A DNA stretch of 56,589 bases from a virus. Lineage: Duplodnaviria; Caudoviricetes. Location of the stretch: positions 1 to 56,589 of IMG/VR virus record IMGVR_UViG_3300027419_000038; one strand, written 5' to 3'. Numbering within the stretch: the stretch's first letter is position 1; every line of letters starts with the position of its first letter. Shown here piece by piece: positions 17,443 through 25,451 of this stretch. The notes under the pieces were generated by a model that worked only from the letters and a program-made list of their open reading frames with translations, searched no databases and was not told the origin of the DNA. Position numbers and translations under genes: made by a program.

Positions 17443-17472
17443 GTATATAAAGGTTTGCATTCATGCCCCCCC
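17443..17472 (-). promoter_or_regulatory. BRE-TATA promoter of HD operon with upstream GGGGGGGCATGA motif
   Basis: Minus strand GGGGGGGCATGAatgcAAACCTTTATATA. Confidence 0.7.
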
Positions 17473-17781
17473 AGGTTTTATTTGGGGTCGAACATTACAT
17501 TCAACTATCTTGTTATTCGCCTGTAACTCTTTAATTATCCTATCTACATCAATATGTACTCCTTGGATGGTCACGAAAATCCAATCCTCAGTGCCTTCTA
17601 ATCTTAATTGTACTTCTACCATTAACTCACTCCTATTACATGGCTTGGGGCTACAAAACCATACGGAACCTTGATAATATAGTTATCCTTGTCCACCTTG
17701 ATTATTTTAATGGTGCCTTTAGGATATTTTTTCATCCAATGCATTACTGTTTTTTTAGGCACCCATTGTATCCCCATAGTG

Positions 17782-18162
17782 TCACCTCGTCACACGATTA
17801 TATATTCTCTCTTGGAACCTATATAAATCTATGTTTGAGGTCATTAACTTAGGGTCTGGGGATTGGGGAGTGGTGCGGACACTCCCATCCTTATTCGTCC
17901 CAAATAGGATGTAATTAATCATTCGTTGGAAATCCTTGGATTTCAGTTTCGGGTATTGTCTCCGAAGGGTTGCCATCATTGTTTTAACCCCTTCTATCAT
18001 ATAAATTTCCTGGTACCATTCAGCAGTACCTGGGATTGCTTTGTATTTGTGGGGGGGTTTGGGTTTTGGTTTTTCCTCTGGTTTGGGTGGTAAGAATGCG
18101 TCTAAACCTTTACCTTCGGGAGCTTTTCTTCGTTTAGTTGTTTTTTTTCTTGCTTTTTGCAT
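17782..18162 (-). CDS. Hypothetical basic protein
   Basis: AGGTGTG RBS; K/P-rich N terminus. Confidence 0.6.
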   Translation of the reverse strand: MQKARKKTTKRRKAPEGKGLDAFLPPKPEEKPKPKPPHKYKAIPGTAEWYQEIYMIEGVKTMMATLRRQYPKLKSKDFQRMINYILFGTNKDGSVRTTPQSPDPKLMTSNIDLYRFQERIYNRVTR

Positions 18163-18280
18163 AAGTCACACCTTCCGAATCCTATTTCTGCATATTCATT
18201 GTTTTCAGTATCGTAGCATTGACTAATTTCATTTAGTAATACTGGACGACCACAGCGTTTACAGCGTACCCACTCACTCA

Positions 18281-19288
18281 TTATTGGCTCTCCTTTATCA
18301 ATCGTAATGCTCTGCCTTTTTGCATTCCAACGTGCTTGACTAAAAAGTTATAACTTCCAACACTGATTCCACATGCACTACAATGGAATAATTTGTCAGT
18401 GTAGAATGCACTGGCGTTGTTGTCATCGTGGAATGGGCAGTTGACTATGTATTTGTCTCCTTTGCGTTCTCCAGGACTGTATACTTTCTCAAATACCTTA
18501 TCCATTACATCCCAATTGGTGATTGCTACTGATGCACCAGTGTTAACTGTTTCTTGGAATTTTGCCAGTCTTTCAGCCACTATCTTATTAGCTTCACTCC
18601 TGATGAGTTTACGATTTAACTCATCCTGTTGCTCATATTGCATTCTTTGAACGATAGTGTTAATATTAGTGGACTTTGCGTAGATATTACTTATTGGTTT
18701 ACATTCCTTCCCACTTTTAGTGTTCTTGGTATAGGGTAACCGTTGCGGGCGCATGGGGTTTCGTAATGTTCCTTCACAAACATATTCTGGATTCCATTTA
18801 TCTATCATCCATTCTGCTGTTGCTATGATGGTTTCCTGGGGAACTCTCATAGGGTTTGCCATGGGCACCCATATATGATACCCTTTAGCTCCTGAGAATT
18901 GGATGTAATTTTTACACTTGAAATAGTCCTCTACATTCCTACTGAACTTTTCAACTTCTACTAATACATCCTCTAATTTCTCTGGCTCATCCGTATCAAA
19001 GTCAAACCAGATTTTGTCTACTATCATATCTTTAGTTCCACGTTTGTGGGTGTCTGGGTGAATGTCCCATCCATAAGAGGATATATATGAGTCGAATCCC
19101 CTTTCATTACACATATCCGCGTGTGTTTTGATATCTTTAAATGAACGAGCTAGTATGTGGCGATTAAACCGTTTACTCCTAGGGTTATAGCGTATAAGTT
19201 CATAAAAAGATTGTGGATATAATAATTGATATAATGCATCCCTAGATAATGTATCCACATAAGGGAATGTTCCAACATATTGTGCCAT
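18281..19288 (-). CDS. Archaeo-eukaryotic primase (AEP) with C-terminal CHC2-type Zn finger
   Basis: WFDFD, FSGAKGYH, RLPYTKNTKSG; CPFHDD..S....FHCSACG. Confidence 0.9.
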   Translation of the reverse strand: MAQYVGTFPYVDTLSRDALYQLLYPQSFYELIRYNPRSKRFNRHILARSFKDIKTHADMCNERGFDSYISSYGWDIHPDTHKRGTKDMIVDKIWFDFDTDEPEKLEDVLVEVEKFSRNVEDYFKCKNYIQFSGAKGYHIWVPMANPMRVPQETIIATAEWMIDKWNPEYVCEGTLRNPMRPQRLPYTKNTKSGKECKPISNIYAKSTNINTIVQRMQYEQQDELNRKLIRSEANKIVAERLAKFQETVNTGASVAITNWDVMDKVFEKVYSPGERKGDKYIVNCPFHDDNNASAFYTDKLFHCSACGISVGSYNFLVKHVGMQKGRALRLIKESQ

Positions 19289-19289
19289 T

Positions 19290-21170
19290 TTATCTCCTCA
19301 CTCGTTTTTTCCGTTTGCTTTTATCAGTTTTACGTGTGGAGCGTTGTTCTTCGAACTCATCCTCAGTCATATACCCATCTTCCCATGGGGGTAATTCTCG
19401 TGGGTCTATTTCTGTTTGTCCACCATGTGCTTCCTTGAATCCTGCTAAGAAAGTGTCTTCATCTACTTTGTGTTTAAGACCTTTCAGGACTACATTTATA
19501 AGATAATCTTGGGCTTTTTCCTGGGCTTCTGGTGATTCTAAATCTAAATCCGGGTTGCTTAAGGAGCCTTTGCCTTTTGATGGGTTGAGTGAATAGAATT
19601 TCTTAGTTGAACGCCCCCCTGCCGGTATTTGTACAATGTAGTCCATTTCAACTAGTTTATCCATCAATCGGTTGAGATTACTTGCCTCTAATCCAAATGC
19701 AGGTTTATCCTCATCCTTAACTTTCTGGAACCATGATTTTATCTTACGAGCGGTGATTAGCTCTGGAGTTTTCCGTTCATCTAATCCCTCTGCACTGCGT
19801 TTGCACCTCATGGGACGTAATAGTCTGAATTTGCCCTTTTGAGTCTCTCTCCCCTCTTGGCTGATTAAATAATCATAGAAGTCAATTAAATCTTTCTTAA
19901 TTGTGCCTTTAGGGGGTATCATTTGGGTTACTAAGAGGTTATCCTCCATGGTAGCAAACATGAACTGTTCTTCTTCACCCACGGTGAATTTACCACGGTC
20001 ATTCCTATTCAATAATGCTATTAACAACACACTGTCCCGGATTGTGGCATAGTTCCGTTTGTACTCCTCTCCGAATGAGAATACCCATTCTTTAAGAGTA
20101 TCATGGTATGGGTTGATTATGTGGTCTTTGGGGATTTTACTCCTTTTTGCTAAGAACCTAATGTAATTCTGGAACTGGGGGAATCTAACTTCACGGTAAT
20201 GGTTTTGGATTCCTTTGAATACTCCATCAACATCAGTATATCGGGTGAATTTGTCAAAAGCTTTACGGTTATCACTTACAGTGTATGAGACCACTCTACT
20301 CTGCAATTGGTTATCCCCAACTATTGTGGGGCTTGTATAGAATGCCCCTACTTGCCCGCGTAGTATGAGTTCAATGGTGCTGAAATCATCATTCATATCA
20401 GATTTAGTGTATACTGCTTCCCCACCTTCACCTGATAAATCTTTTAGGGTTTCCAATGCAGGTAATGCCCCTGCACGATTGATACTATCTCCTAAATCTC
20501 CAAAGAATATCACACAACGGTCTAGGTAGCGTTCTCCTAAGCCTTGTGTTGGTCTGAAGAGTGCTGCTTCTGTTATTCGCCCTTTCTTCATGTATTCTTT
20601 AGGTAATAAATGTTTAACTGTTTTTTCTATTTCGGATTTCCCACTTCCAGCGTCTCCTAAGATTTCTACTCTTAATGCGTTGAATCCTAATATGGTGGCT
20701 AGGCACCCTATAGTGGTTCCTGCGACCAAGGTTCCTTCTCCAGCTACCATCCAGTTTCCAACGTTCTTTAACCAAGTGACTACGTTCACTTTTTGTTCAG
20801 CCAGGTACTCTTCAAATAAATGTGTTTCTTCTGTTATGAGGGCTTCCTCTGCCTTTAATTCCTCCTTGTCTGCTTCTTTACCCATAGTTTCTATTGATAT
20901 TTGATAATCAGTGTATTGCATCTGGATATCCATCAATGCTTCATCCATATTGTTTACAACTGGGAATGGGGCTTTACATGCAGTTATTTTTTTAATAAAA
21001 TGTTTATATCGTTTGTTTTGAGTGGTTACTTCATCTATTGGTTTTTGGAGAGGAACAGCTTTGTCTAAGATAGCTACCCCTTCTTTATCTAAGAGGTTAA
21101 GGGAGTTGGCATCGTCGTCGTAAACCAACCTATACGCCTTAATATCCCTCACAAATACATTATCATCCAT
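19290..21170 (-). CDS. AAA+ (MCM-like) replicative helicase/ATPase with C-terminal wHTH
   Basis: Walker A GDAGSGKS, ITEAALF, degenerate Walker B VIFFGD, Arg finger QLQSR; adjacent to primase. Confidence 0.8.
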   Translation of the reverse strand: MDDNVFVRDIKAYRLVYDDDANSLNLLDKEGVAILDKAVPLQKPIDEVTTQNKRYKHFIKKITACKAPFPVVNNMDEALMDIQMQYTDYQISIETMGKEADKEELKAEEALITEETHLFEEYLAEQKVNVVTWLKNVGNWMVAGEGTLVAGTTIGCLATILGFNALRVEILGDAGSGKSEIEKTVKHLLPKEYMKKGRITEAALFRPTQGLGERYLDRCVIFFGDLGDSINRAGALPALETLKDLSGEGGEAVYTKSDMNDDFSTIELILRGQVGAFYTSPTIVGDNQLQSRVVSYTVSDNRKAFDKFTRYTDVDGVFKGIQNHYREVRFPQFQNYIRFLAKRSKIPKDHIINPYHDTLKEWVFSFGEEYKRNYATIRDSVLLIALLNRNDRGKFTVGEEEQFMFATMEDNLLVTQMIPPKGTIKKDLIDFYDYLISQEGRETQKGKFRLLRPMRCKRSAEGLDERKTPELITARKIKSWFQKVKDEDKPAFGLEASNLNRLMDKLVEMDYIVQIPAGGRSTKKFYSLNPSKGKGSLSNPDLDLESPEAQEKAQDYLINVVLKGLKHKVDEDTFLAGFKEAHGGQTEIDPRELPPWEDGYMTEDEFEEQRSTRKTDKSKRKKRVRR

Positions 21171-21180
21171 TATCGAACCC

Positions 21181-21447
21181 TCATTGGATGTATTGTTCTT
21201 CGCCGAACTTCAATGAAGTTGGGTCGGTCAAATCATCAAGGATTTCAGGTTCTAGGAATGTCATGTGGAATTTCTCTGAACCATACCAGTATATCATTTC
21301 AATAGGTCCATTGTCCTCCCTAATGTAAACTACTTTCCCTTGTAAATCAAAATCCACAAAGGTGGCGTTTTTGTATTCTTTTTTCCCATACGTTAAATTA
21401 ACTTTAGTCCCTTTCAATTCTTTTAGTAAAAACACGTTACTTTTCAT
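21181..21447 (-). CDS. Hypothetical Sm/SH3-like small protein
   Basis: GGAGGT RBS; beta-rich. Confidence 0.55.
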   Translation of the reverse strand: MKSNVFLLKELKGTKVNLTYGKKEYKNATFVDFDLQGKVVYIREDNGPIEMIYWYGSEKFHMTFLEPEILDDLTDPTSLKFGEEQYIQ

Positions 21448-21474
21448 TTTCTAACCTCCAATAAAGATAAGGAG

Positions 21475-22461
21475 TTATTCGGCAGGTTCTCCTGCCATCT
21501 CCTTCAACTGTTCAAATTCTTCCTTAGTGATTCCATCGTGTTTGAGGTAATATTCCCCTGCATCGAGCATTGTCTTGTTATTCACCGAATACTGGGCATC
21601 TTTCACTCCCTGGAGGACATACGAAACGAACCGATGACTTTTAGCCTTTTCGTCCCAATCTGTTGAGACATCACCCGTAACTTTTTCAGGTGTTGGTTGC
21701 TCATCTCCTTCGTCTTCCCCTCCAGATACAGCATCCCCGTCGCTGTCAGGAACTTCGGTTCCAGGTTCTTCTTCAGTTCCAGTTTCACTAGCCCCCCGTT
21801 TCCTACCACGTCTACCACGTCTACCACGTCTACCATTACTGGACTTGGTGGTTGAGGGGGTTCCATCATCATCTTTGAGAGCCATTTCTTCGGCAGAGAC
21901 CTCTCCAGCCCCAATAAGGTCGGAGATTGCACGGTTAACTGCTCTGGTGAAAGCGGTTCCGATGATGTCATGGTCTGCGTGGGCGAAATGCTTCCTTCCA
22001 TTGCAAGGCCCCTTGCAGAGCGTAATCGTTCCATCGTTATTGGTTTTATCGTTCTCATGTCCTTTCTCCCATGATGAACACGCCCCAACTCCTGTAGAGT
22101 ACCTTTTGTTTGGAAGGGTGGCTTTAACCCGGTATTTTGCGAGTATAACTTGGAACAGTTCATTATATTTGATATCCTCATCCATCATTTCAACTGAAAT
22201 GTTGAATGCTGTTGCATATTTCCTCCAGGCACTCTTCTTTTTGAATTTACCTTGGCTTGTTGTTTGGTAATCTGCGTCGTCGAGTAAATCATCCGTTAAT
22301 TGCAGGTAGTCTTTCCAGAATTGGAGTGCCCCATCTACATCAATACCTCCAGACCCCATAAGGGCTGGAGGCACGTCTTCTATGGTTTCTGGGAGGTTTT
22401 CTACTGGGTCTTCGTCTGCTAATGAGTCGTCAAACACTTCTTCTTCTTTTTCACTCATCAT
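21475..22461 (-). CDS. Rad52/Sak-like single-strand annealing protein
   Basis: GVGACS...A.TRAVNRAISDLIGAGEVSAEE motif followed by acidic linker. Confidence 0.7.
   Translation of the reverse strand: MMSEKEEEVFDDSLADEDPVENLPETIEDVPPALMGSGGIDVDGALQFWKDYLQLTDDLLDDADYQTTSQGKFKKKSAWRKYATAFNISVEMMDEDIKYNELFQVILAKYRVKATLPNKRYSTGVGACSSWEKGHENDKTNNDGTITLCKGPCNGRKHFAHADHDIIGTAFTRAVNRAISDLIGAGEVSAEEMALKDDDGTPSTTKSSNGRRGRRGRRGRKRGASETGTEEEPGTEVPDSDGDAVSGGEDEGDEQPTPEKVTGDVSTDWDEKAKSHRFVSYVLQGVKDAQYSVNNKTMLDAGEYYLKHDGITKEEFEQLKEMAGEPAE
21804..21835. repeat. 9-bp tandem repeat CTACCACGT x3 encoding (GRR)n
   Basis: ctaccacgtctaccacgtctaccacgtctacc. Confidence 0.85.
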
Positions 22462-22469
22462 TTACACCC

Positions 22470-22886
22470 TTATTCCAAATCAATCTTATCTAGGACTTCT
22501 TTTGGAATATCTGCGTTACGAATGTAAGTTACTTCGTACACAATTCTTGGGTACTGACTATCCCCTGATGGGGGTAATACTTGTGTTACTTCCACAAACA
22601 CGTAATCGTCAACAAATATGTCACTCATCTTGGATTTAATGCCCTGGTGAGCAGGTAATGATACATATATAACTTCTTCCCCACGTTCTACACGTAGCAC
22701 GTATTTATCTCCAAAATTCTCCTTTCCTTCTTCTGGAGGTTCTATGTCGTCGAGCAATCCTTCAATCTTCTGCCCGACACTATCTGGCTTCCAATAGAAT
22801 TGTCCTTCTTTTCCACCCTGTATACCGTCGCTGATTGCTTTTTTAGCTTCTGCTTGTTTAGTTTTCATGAACTCCTTCAATGACAA
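22470..22886 (-). CDS. OB-fold single-stranded DNA-binding protein-like
   Basis: WKPDSVGQKIEG plus beta-rich core; next to SSAP; AGGAGTTG RBS, TTG start. Confidence 0.6.
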   Translation of the reverse strand: MSLKEFMKTKQAEAKKAISDGIQGGKEGQFYWKPDSVGQKIEGLLDDIEPPEEGKENFGDKYVLRVERGEEVIYVSLPAHQGIKSKMSDIFVDDYVFVEVTQVLPPSGDSQYPRIVYEVTYIRNADIPKEVLDKIDLE

Positions 22887-22904
22887 AATACCAACTCCTT
22901 TTGT

Positions 22905-23022
22905 TAATTATAGGGGGTTATAGCTCCCCCCTGAGCTTCTTCTGCGTTTATCGTGCCAACTAGATTTACACGGGGCAGTGATAGGTGTACACCTACGGAA
23001 GTCTTCTTTGCCCAGGACTCCC
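22905..23022 (-). ncRNA. Putative structured leader/ncRNA (pseudoknot plus alternative hairpins)
   Basis: GGGAGUC/GACUUCC stem whose loop GGGCA pairs with downstream UGCCC; internal UAGGUG/CACCUA hairpin. Confidence 0.4.
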
Positions 23023-23024
23023 TA

Positions 23025-23098
23025 AGCCGGATGAGGGATTTGAACCCCCGACAAGAAGGTTACAAACCTCCCGCTCTGCCTTCCTGAGCTAAACCGGC
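23025..23098 (-). tRNA. tRNA-Thr(UGU)
   Basis: GCCGGTT..TAGCTCAG..GGAGG-TT TGT AA-CCTTC..GGTTCAAATCC..ATCCGGC; no encoded CCA. Confidence 0.9.
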
Positions 23099-23100
23099 AA

Positions 23101-23275
23101 AGCCCCGTGTTGGATTTGAACCAACGTTCATCGGTGTTTGCACAATGTGGGGACGCTTCCAGTCAGTACGTCATGTTCCCCATCTTCTCCAACATTCTCA
23201 CGCTCGGTACGACCAGGAGCACGAATGTTAAAGTGTTCTGCAACCGATTGCCACGCCTGACTTGGCTAACGAGGC
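23101..23275 (-). tRNA. tRNA-Cys(GCA) with 102-nt intron (23136-23237) at 37/38
   Basis: ATCGG-TT GCA G|intron|A-CCGAT; BHB central helix TTGC/GCAA with 3-nt bulges; U73 discriminator typical of Cys. Confidence 0.9.
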
Positions 23276-23377
23276 AATTTAGTAGTTTTTATCCTGGATA
23301 CCAGCCAGTTGTTTTTTGTTCTGCGCTCATACCAAAAAGCACGGAAATTGTGTTTTGAATGGCTATGGGTTAGCCAA

Positions 23378-23449
23378 TAGGAGAATTGGGACTTGAACCC
23401 AAGATACAAGGTCTTCAGCCCTGCGTTTTCCCGACTAAACTATTCTCCT
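23378..23449 (-). tRNA. tRNA-Phe(GAA)
   Basis: AGGAGAA/TTCTCCT acceptor stem; CAGGG-CT GAA GA-CCTTG; GGTTCAAGTCC. Confidence 0.88.
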
Positions 23450-23452
23450 GAA

Positions 23453-23527
23453 CGGGGACGGGGGGATTCGAACCCAACCGACTTCCAGATTAACAGTCTG
23501 GCGTTCTACCTCCTGAACTACATCCCC
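23453..23527 (-). tRNA. tRNA-Asn(GUU)
   Basis: CCAGA-CT GTT AA-TCTGG; G73; T stem has two extra nt. Confidence 0.88.
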
Positions 23528-23529
23528 AA

Positions 23530-23615
23530 GATTGTACGGATGGCTAAGTCCGTACAATTGCTTAGTTCTCTAAATATTAAAGGTTGTTGTAACCCGAAGG
23601 CTTTTTTTACAACAA
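23530..23615 (-). ncRNA. Putative structured inter-tRNA small RNA
   Basis: 9-bp stem enclosing a cUUCGg loop, then 10-bp stem AUUGUACGGA/UCCGUACAAU whose loop CUUAG is complementary to upstream CUAAG. Confidence 0.45.
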
Positions 23616-23617
23616 AG

Positions 23618-23768
23618 TCCCCTCAGTCGGATTTGAACCGACGACAATCCGGTGTCTGCGTAGAGGAAAGGAATTACAGTGGGTGGGCAGACAGGCACGT
23701 TTCGTGCCCGTTCCACTCACCTTTCACTCTCTCTACAGCCGGACGCTCTTCCTCTGAGCTATGAGGGG
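23618..23768 (-). tRNA. tRNA-Tyr(GUA) with 79-nt intron (23654-23732) at 37/38
   Basis: C1-G72 and A73 (archaeal Tyr identity); TCCGG-CT GTA G|intron|A-CCGGA; relaxed BHB CTGT/GCAG. Confidence 0.9.
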
Positions 23769-24243
23769 AATTGAATATTAAAAGAGGACAGGTTTTATGT
23801 TTTTATTTAATCTCCTATCCTCTGTCGTCGGGTGTTTGGTACCAACACCATGTCTTAGGTGGTGATTCTATGACATTGATTAATTATGTGAAGAGGGTAT
23901 ATATATCTATCCCTATGTTTATTGTTAATGCTAGTATGCACATAATAATTAAGCCCAGTCCTGCGATTTCTCCTATTTGCCATAACTTGGTGCCGATGGT
24001 GATTAAATCCATTTAAATCACCCCATCTAAAATCGCAGCTATGGCTACTAAGCCTAATGCTATTATTAAAAAAGTTATCTGTTTGTCTTTTGCTCTATCA
24101 CTCATTTATACCCTCTCCTTTTTTCTTTTGTGGGGGTTGGAGTCGGGTGGGGGAAATATTATATTTAATATTAACTTTGATTCGGATTGAATCTGTTTTT
24201 TGATTGAATCTGTATCCCGACTCCATACCAACCTTGGTTTTTG

Positions 24244-24263
24244 AAGCTTATATACTTTTCGGT
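24244..24263 (-). promoter_or_regulatory. BRE-TATA promoter upstream of tRNA/replication cluster
   Basis: Minus strand accgaaaagTATATAAgc. Confidence 0.65.
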
Positions 24264-24518
24264 TATTGGTGTTTTCTGCGGTAGGCAATGGCTGCAAATG
24301 CCGGAAGAAATTTTGCAGAAAAATTCTGAGCATTCTCCGTATGTTATAAGTCCATCGTTAGGTGGTGAGTCTTTGGTTTGAAAATGATTTTTGAAAAGTG
24401 CAATTCTGAAAAAAAATGGTTGCAGAAAACAATCTCGCCTTAAAACTTGAAAAATATATATAAGTATATGTATATGTTATTTTTTATATATAGTCTATGA
24501 TACTTATGTATTAAACAT

Positions 24519-24536
24519 CCTATATAAAGGTTTTCT
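24519..24536 (-). promoter_or_regulatory. BRE-TATA promoter
   Basis: Minus strand agaAAACCTTTATATAgg, same 13-mer as at 17445-17457. Confidence 0.6.
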
Positions 24537-24599
24537 ATTATTTTCTTCAACACACTTTCAATTCGACAACTGTTTGATTTTCCTTACTTTAAAAAAAAT

Positions 24600-25439
24600 T
24601 TAGAACCCACATCCACAGGGTTCTGGTCGGTCTCCGAGTCCTTTGCAGATTACTTCGGGTGCGTAGATTTTTTCTACTTCGAAGGTTCCGTCTTTTCGGA
24701 AGTGGAGTATTGGGAATCCTGCGGGTTCTGGGTGGAGTCCTAGGTCTTGTGCGTAACTACCAGGGTAATCTAGGAAGTGTCCTGTTAGTATTAGGGATTT
24801 TGTGTGTTCCCTGATTACTCTTTGTCTTCCGTTAACTACATCTACATAGTTGTCATAGATTGGTTTGTGTTCTAATCTATGCACGTGACCCATGGCGAAG
24901 ATGTTAGCTTTTTTGTACTTCTCACTCATTTTACTGGTGCTGTTTATCTTAGTATGTGGTAATTTAGCACCACTTGACCCATGTGTAGTTATCATTTTCC
25001 ACGTGTAATCTCCAACAGTTATTGTATGTTGGAGGAAGCTGTTAGCATAAGGCACATCTAAGAACTCACATAAATTTACGAGTTCGGTCATGCCAGTATC
25101 CTTACCACGTTTATCATGATTTCCATCATGAAGGGCAGTACATCGTTTCCTAATAGGCTTCGCCTGTTGTTTGAAATACCTTTTCTGAAGGTCTGGGGTC
25201 ATGGTTTGCTCGTAGACTCCTATTCCTATACTATTTTTTGTAGCATATTCCAGGTAATCTCCCATCCCACACCATGGTATCCTATATCGTTTGAGATAAT
25301 CGAACATCCATTCGGTGAAATCTTTCAACCATGTTAGACCGGCGATATGAATATCCCCAATCAATGCATAGCGTAAATCCTTCTGAGAGTCAATATAAAC
25401 CTCTTCAGTAATATCCATACCTTTTCCTAAGTCTAACAC
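24600..25439 (-). CDS. Calcineurin-like metallophosphoesterase
   Basis: GDIH, GMGD, GNHD, THG, MGHVH motifs. Confidence 0.92.
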   Translation of the reverse strand: MLDLGKGMDITEEVYIDSQKDLRYALIGDIHIAGLTWLKDFTEWMFDYLKRYRIPWCGMGDYLEYATKNSIGIGVYEQTMTPDLQKRYFKQQAKPIRKRCTALHDGNHDKRGKDTGMTELVNLCEFLDVPYANSFLQHTITVGDYTWKMITTHGSSGAKLPHTKINSTSKMSEKYKKANIFAMGHVHRLEHKPIYDNYVDVVNGRQRVIREHTKSLILTGHFLDYPGSYAQDLGLHPEPAGFPILHFRKDGTFEVEKIYAPEVICKGLGDRPEPCGCGF

Positions 25440-25451
25440 ATCTTAACCTCC

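Noticed and set aside
21603-22181. 192-aa alternative-frame ORF within the SSAP gene
   Set aside because: No RBS, no recognisable motif, fully nested
22905-22975. tmRNA-like resume motif (ATAAAC GCA GAA) after a pseudoknot
   Set aside because: No tRNA-Ala-like domain, no typical tag ending, and archaea lack tmRNA/SmpB
24106-24333. 75-aa ORF
   Set aside because: Spans a consensus BRE-TATA promoter and lacks an RBS; probably spurious
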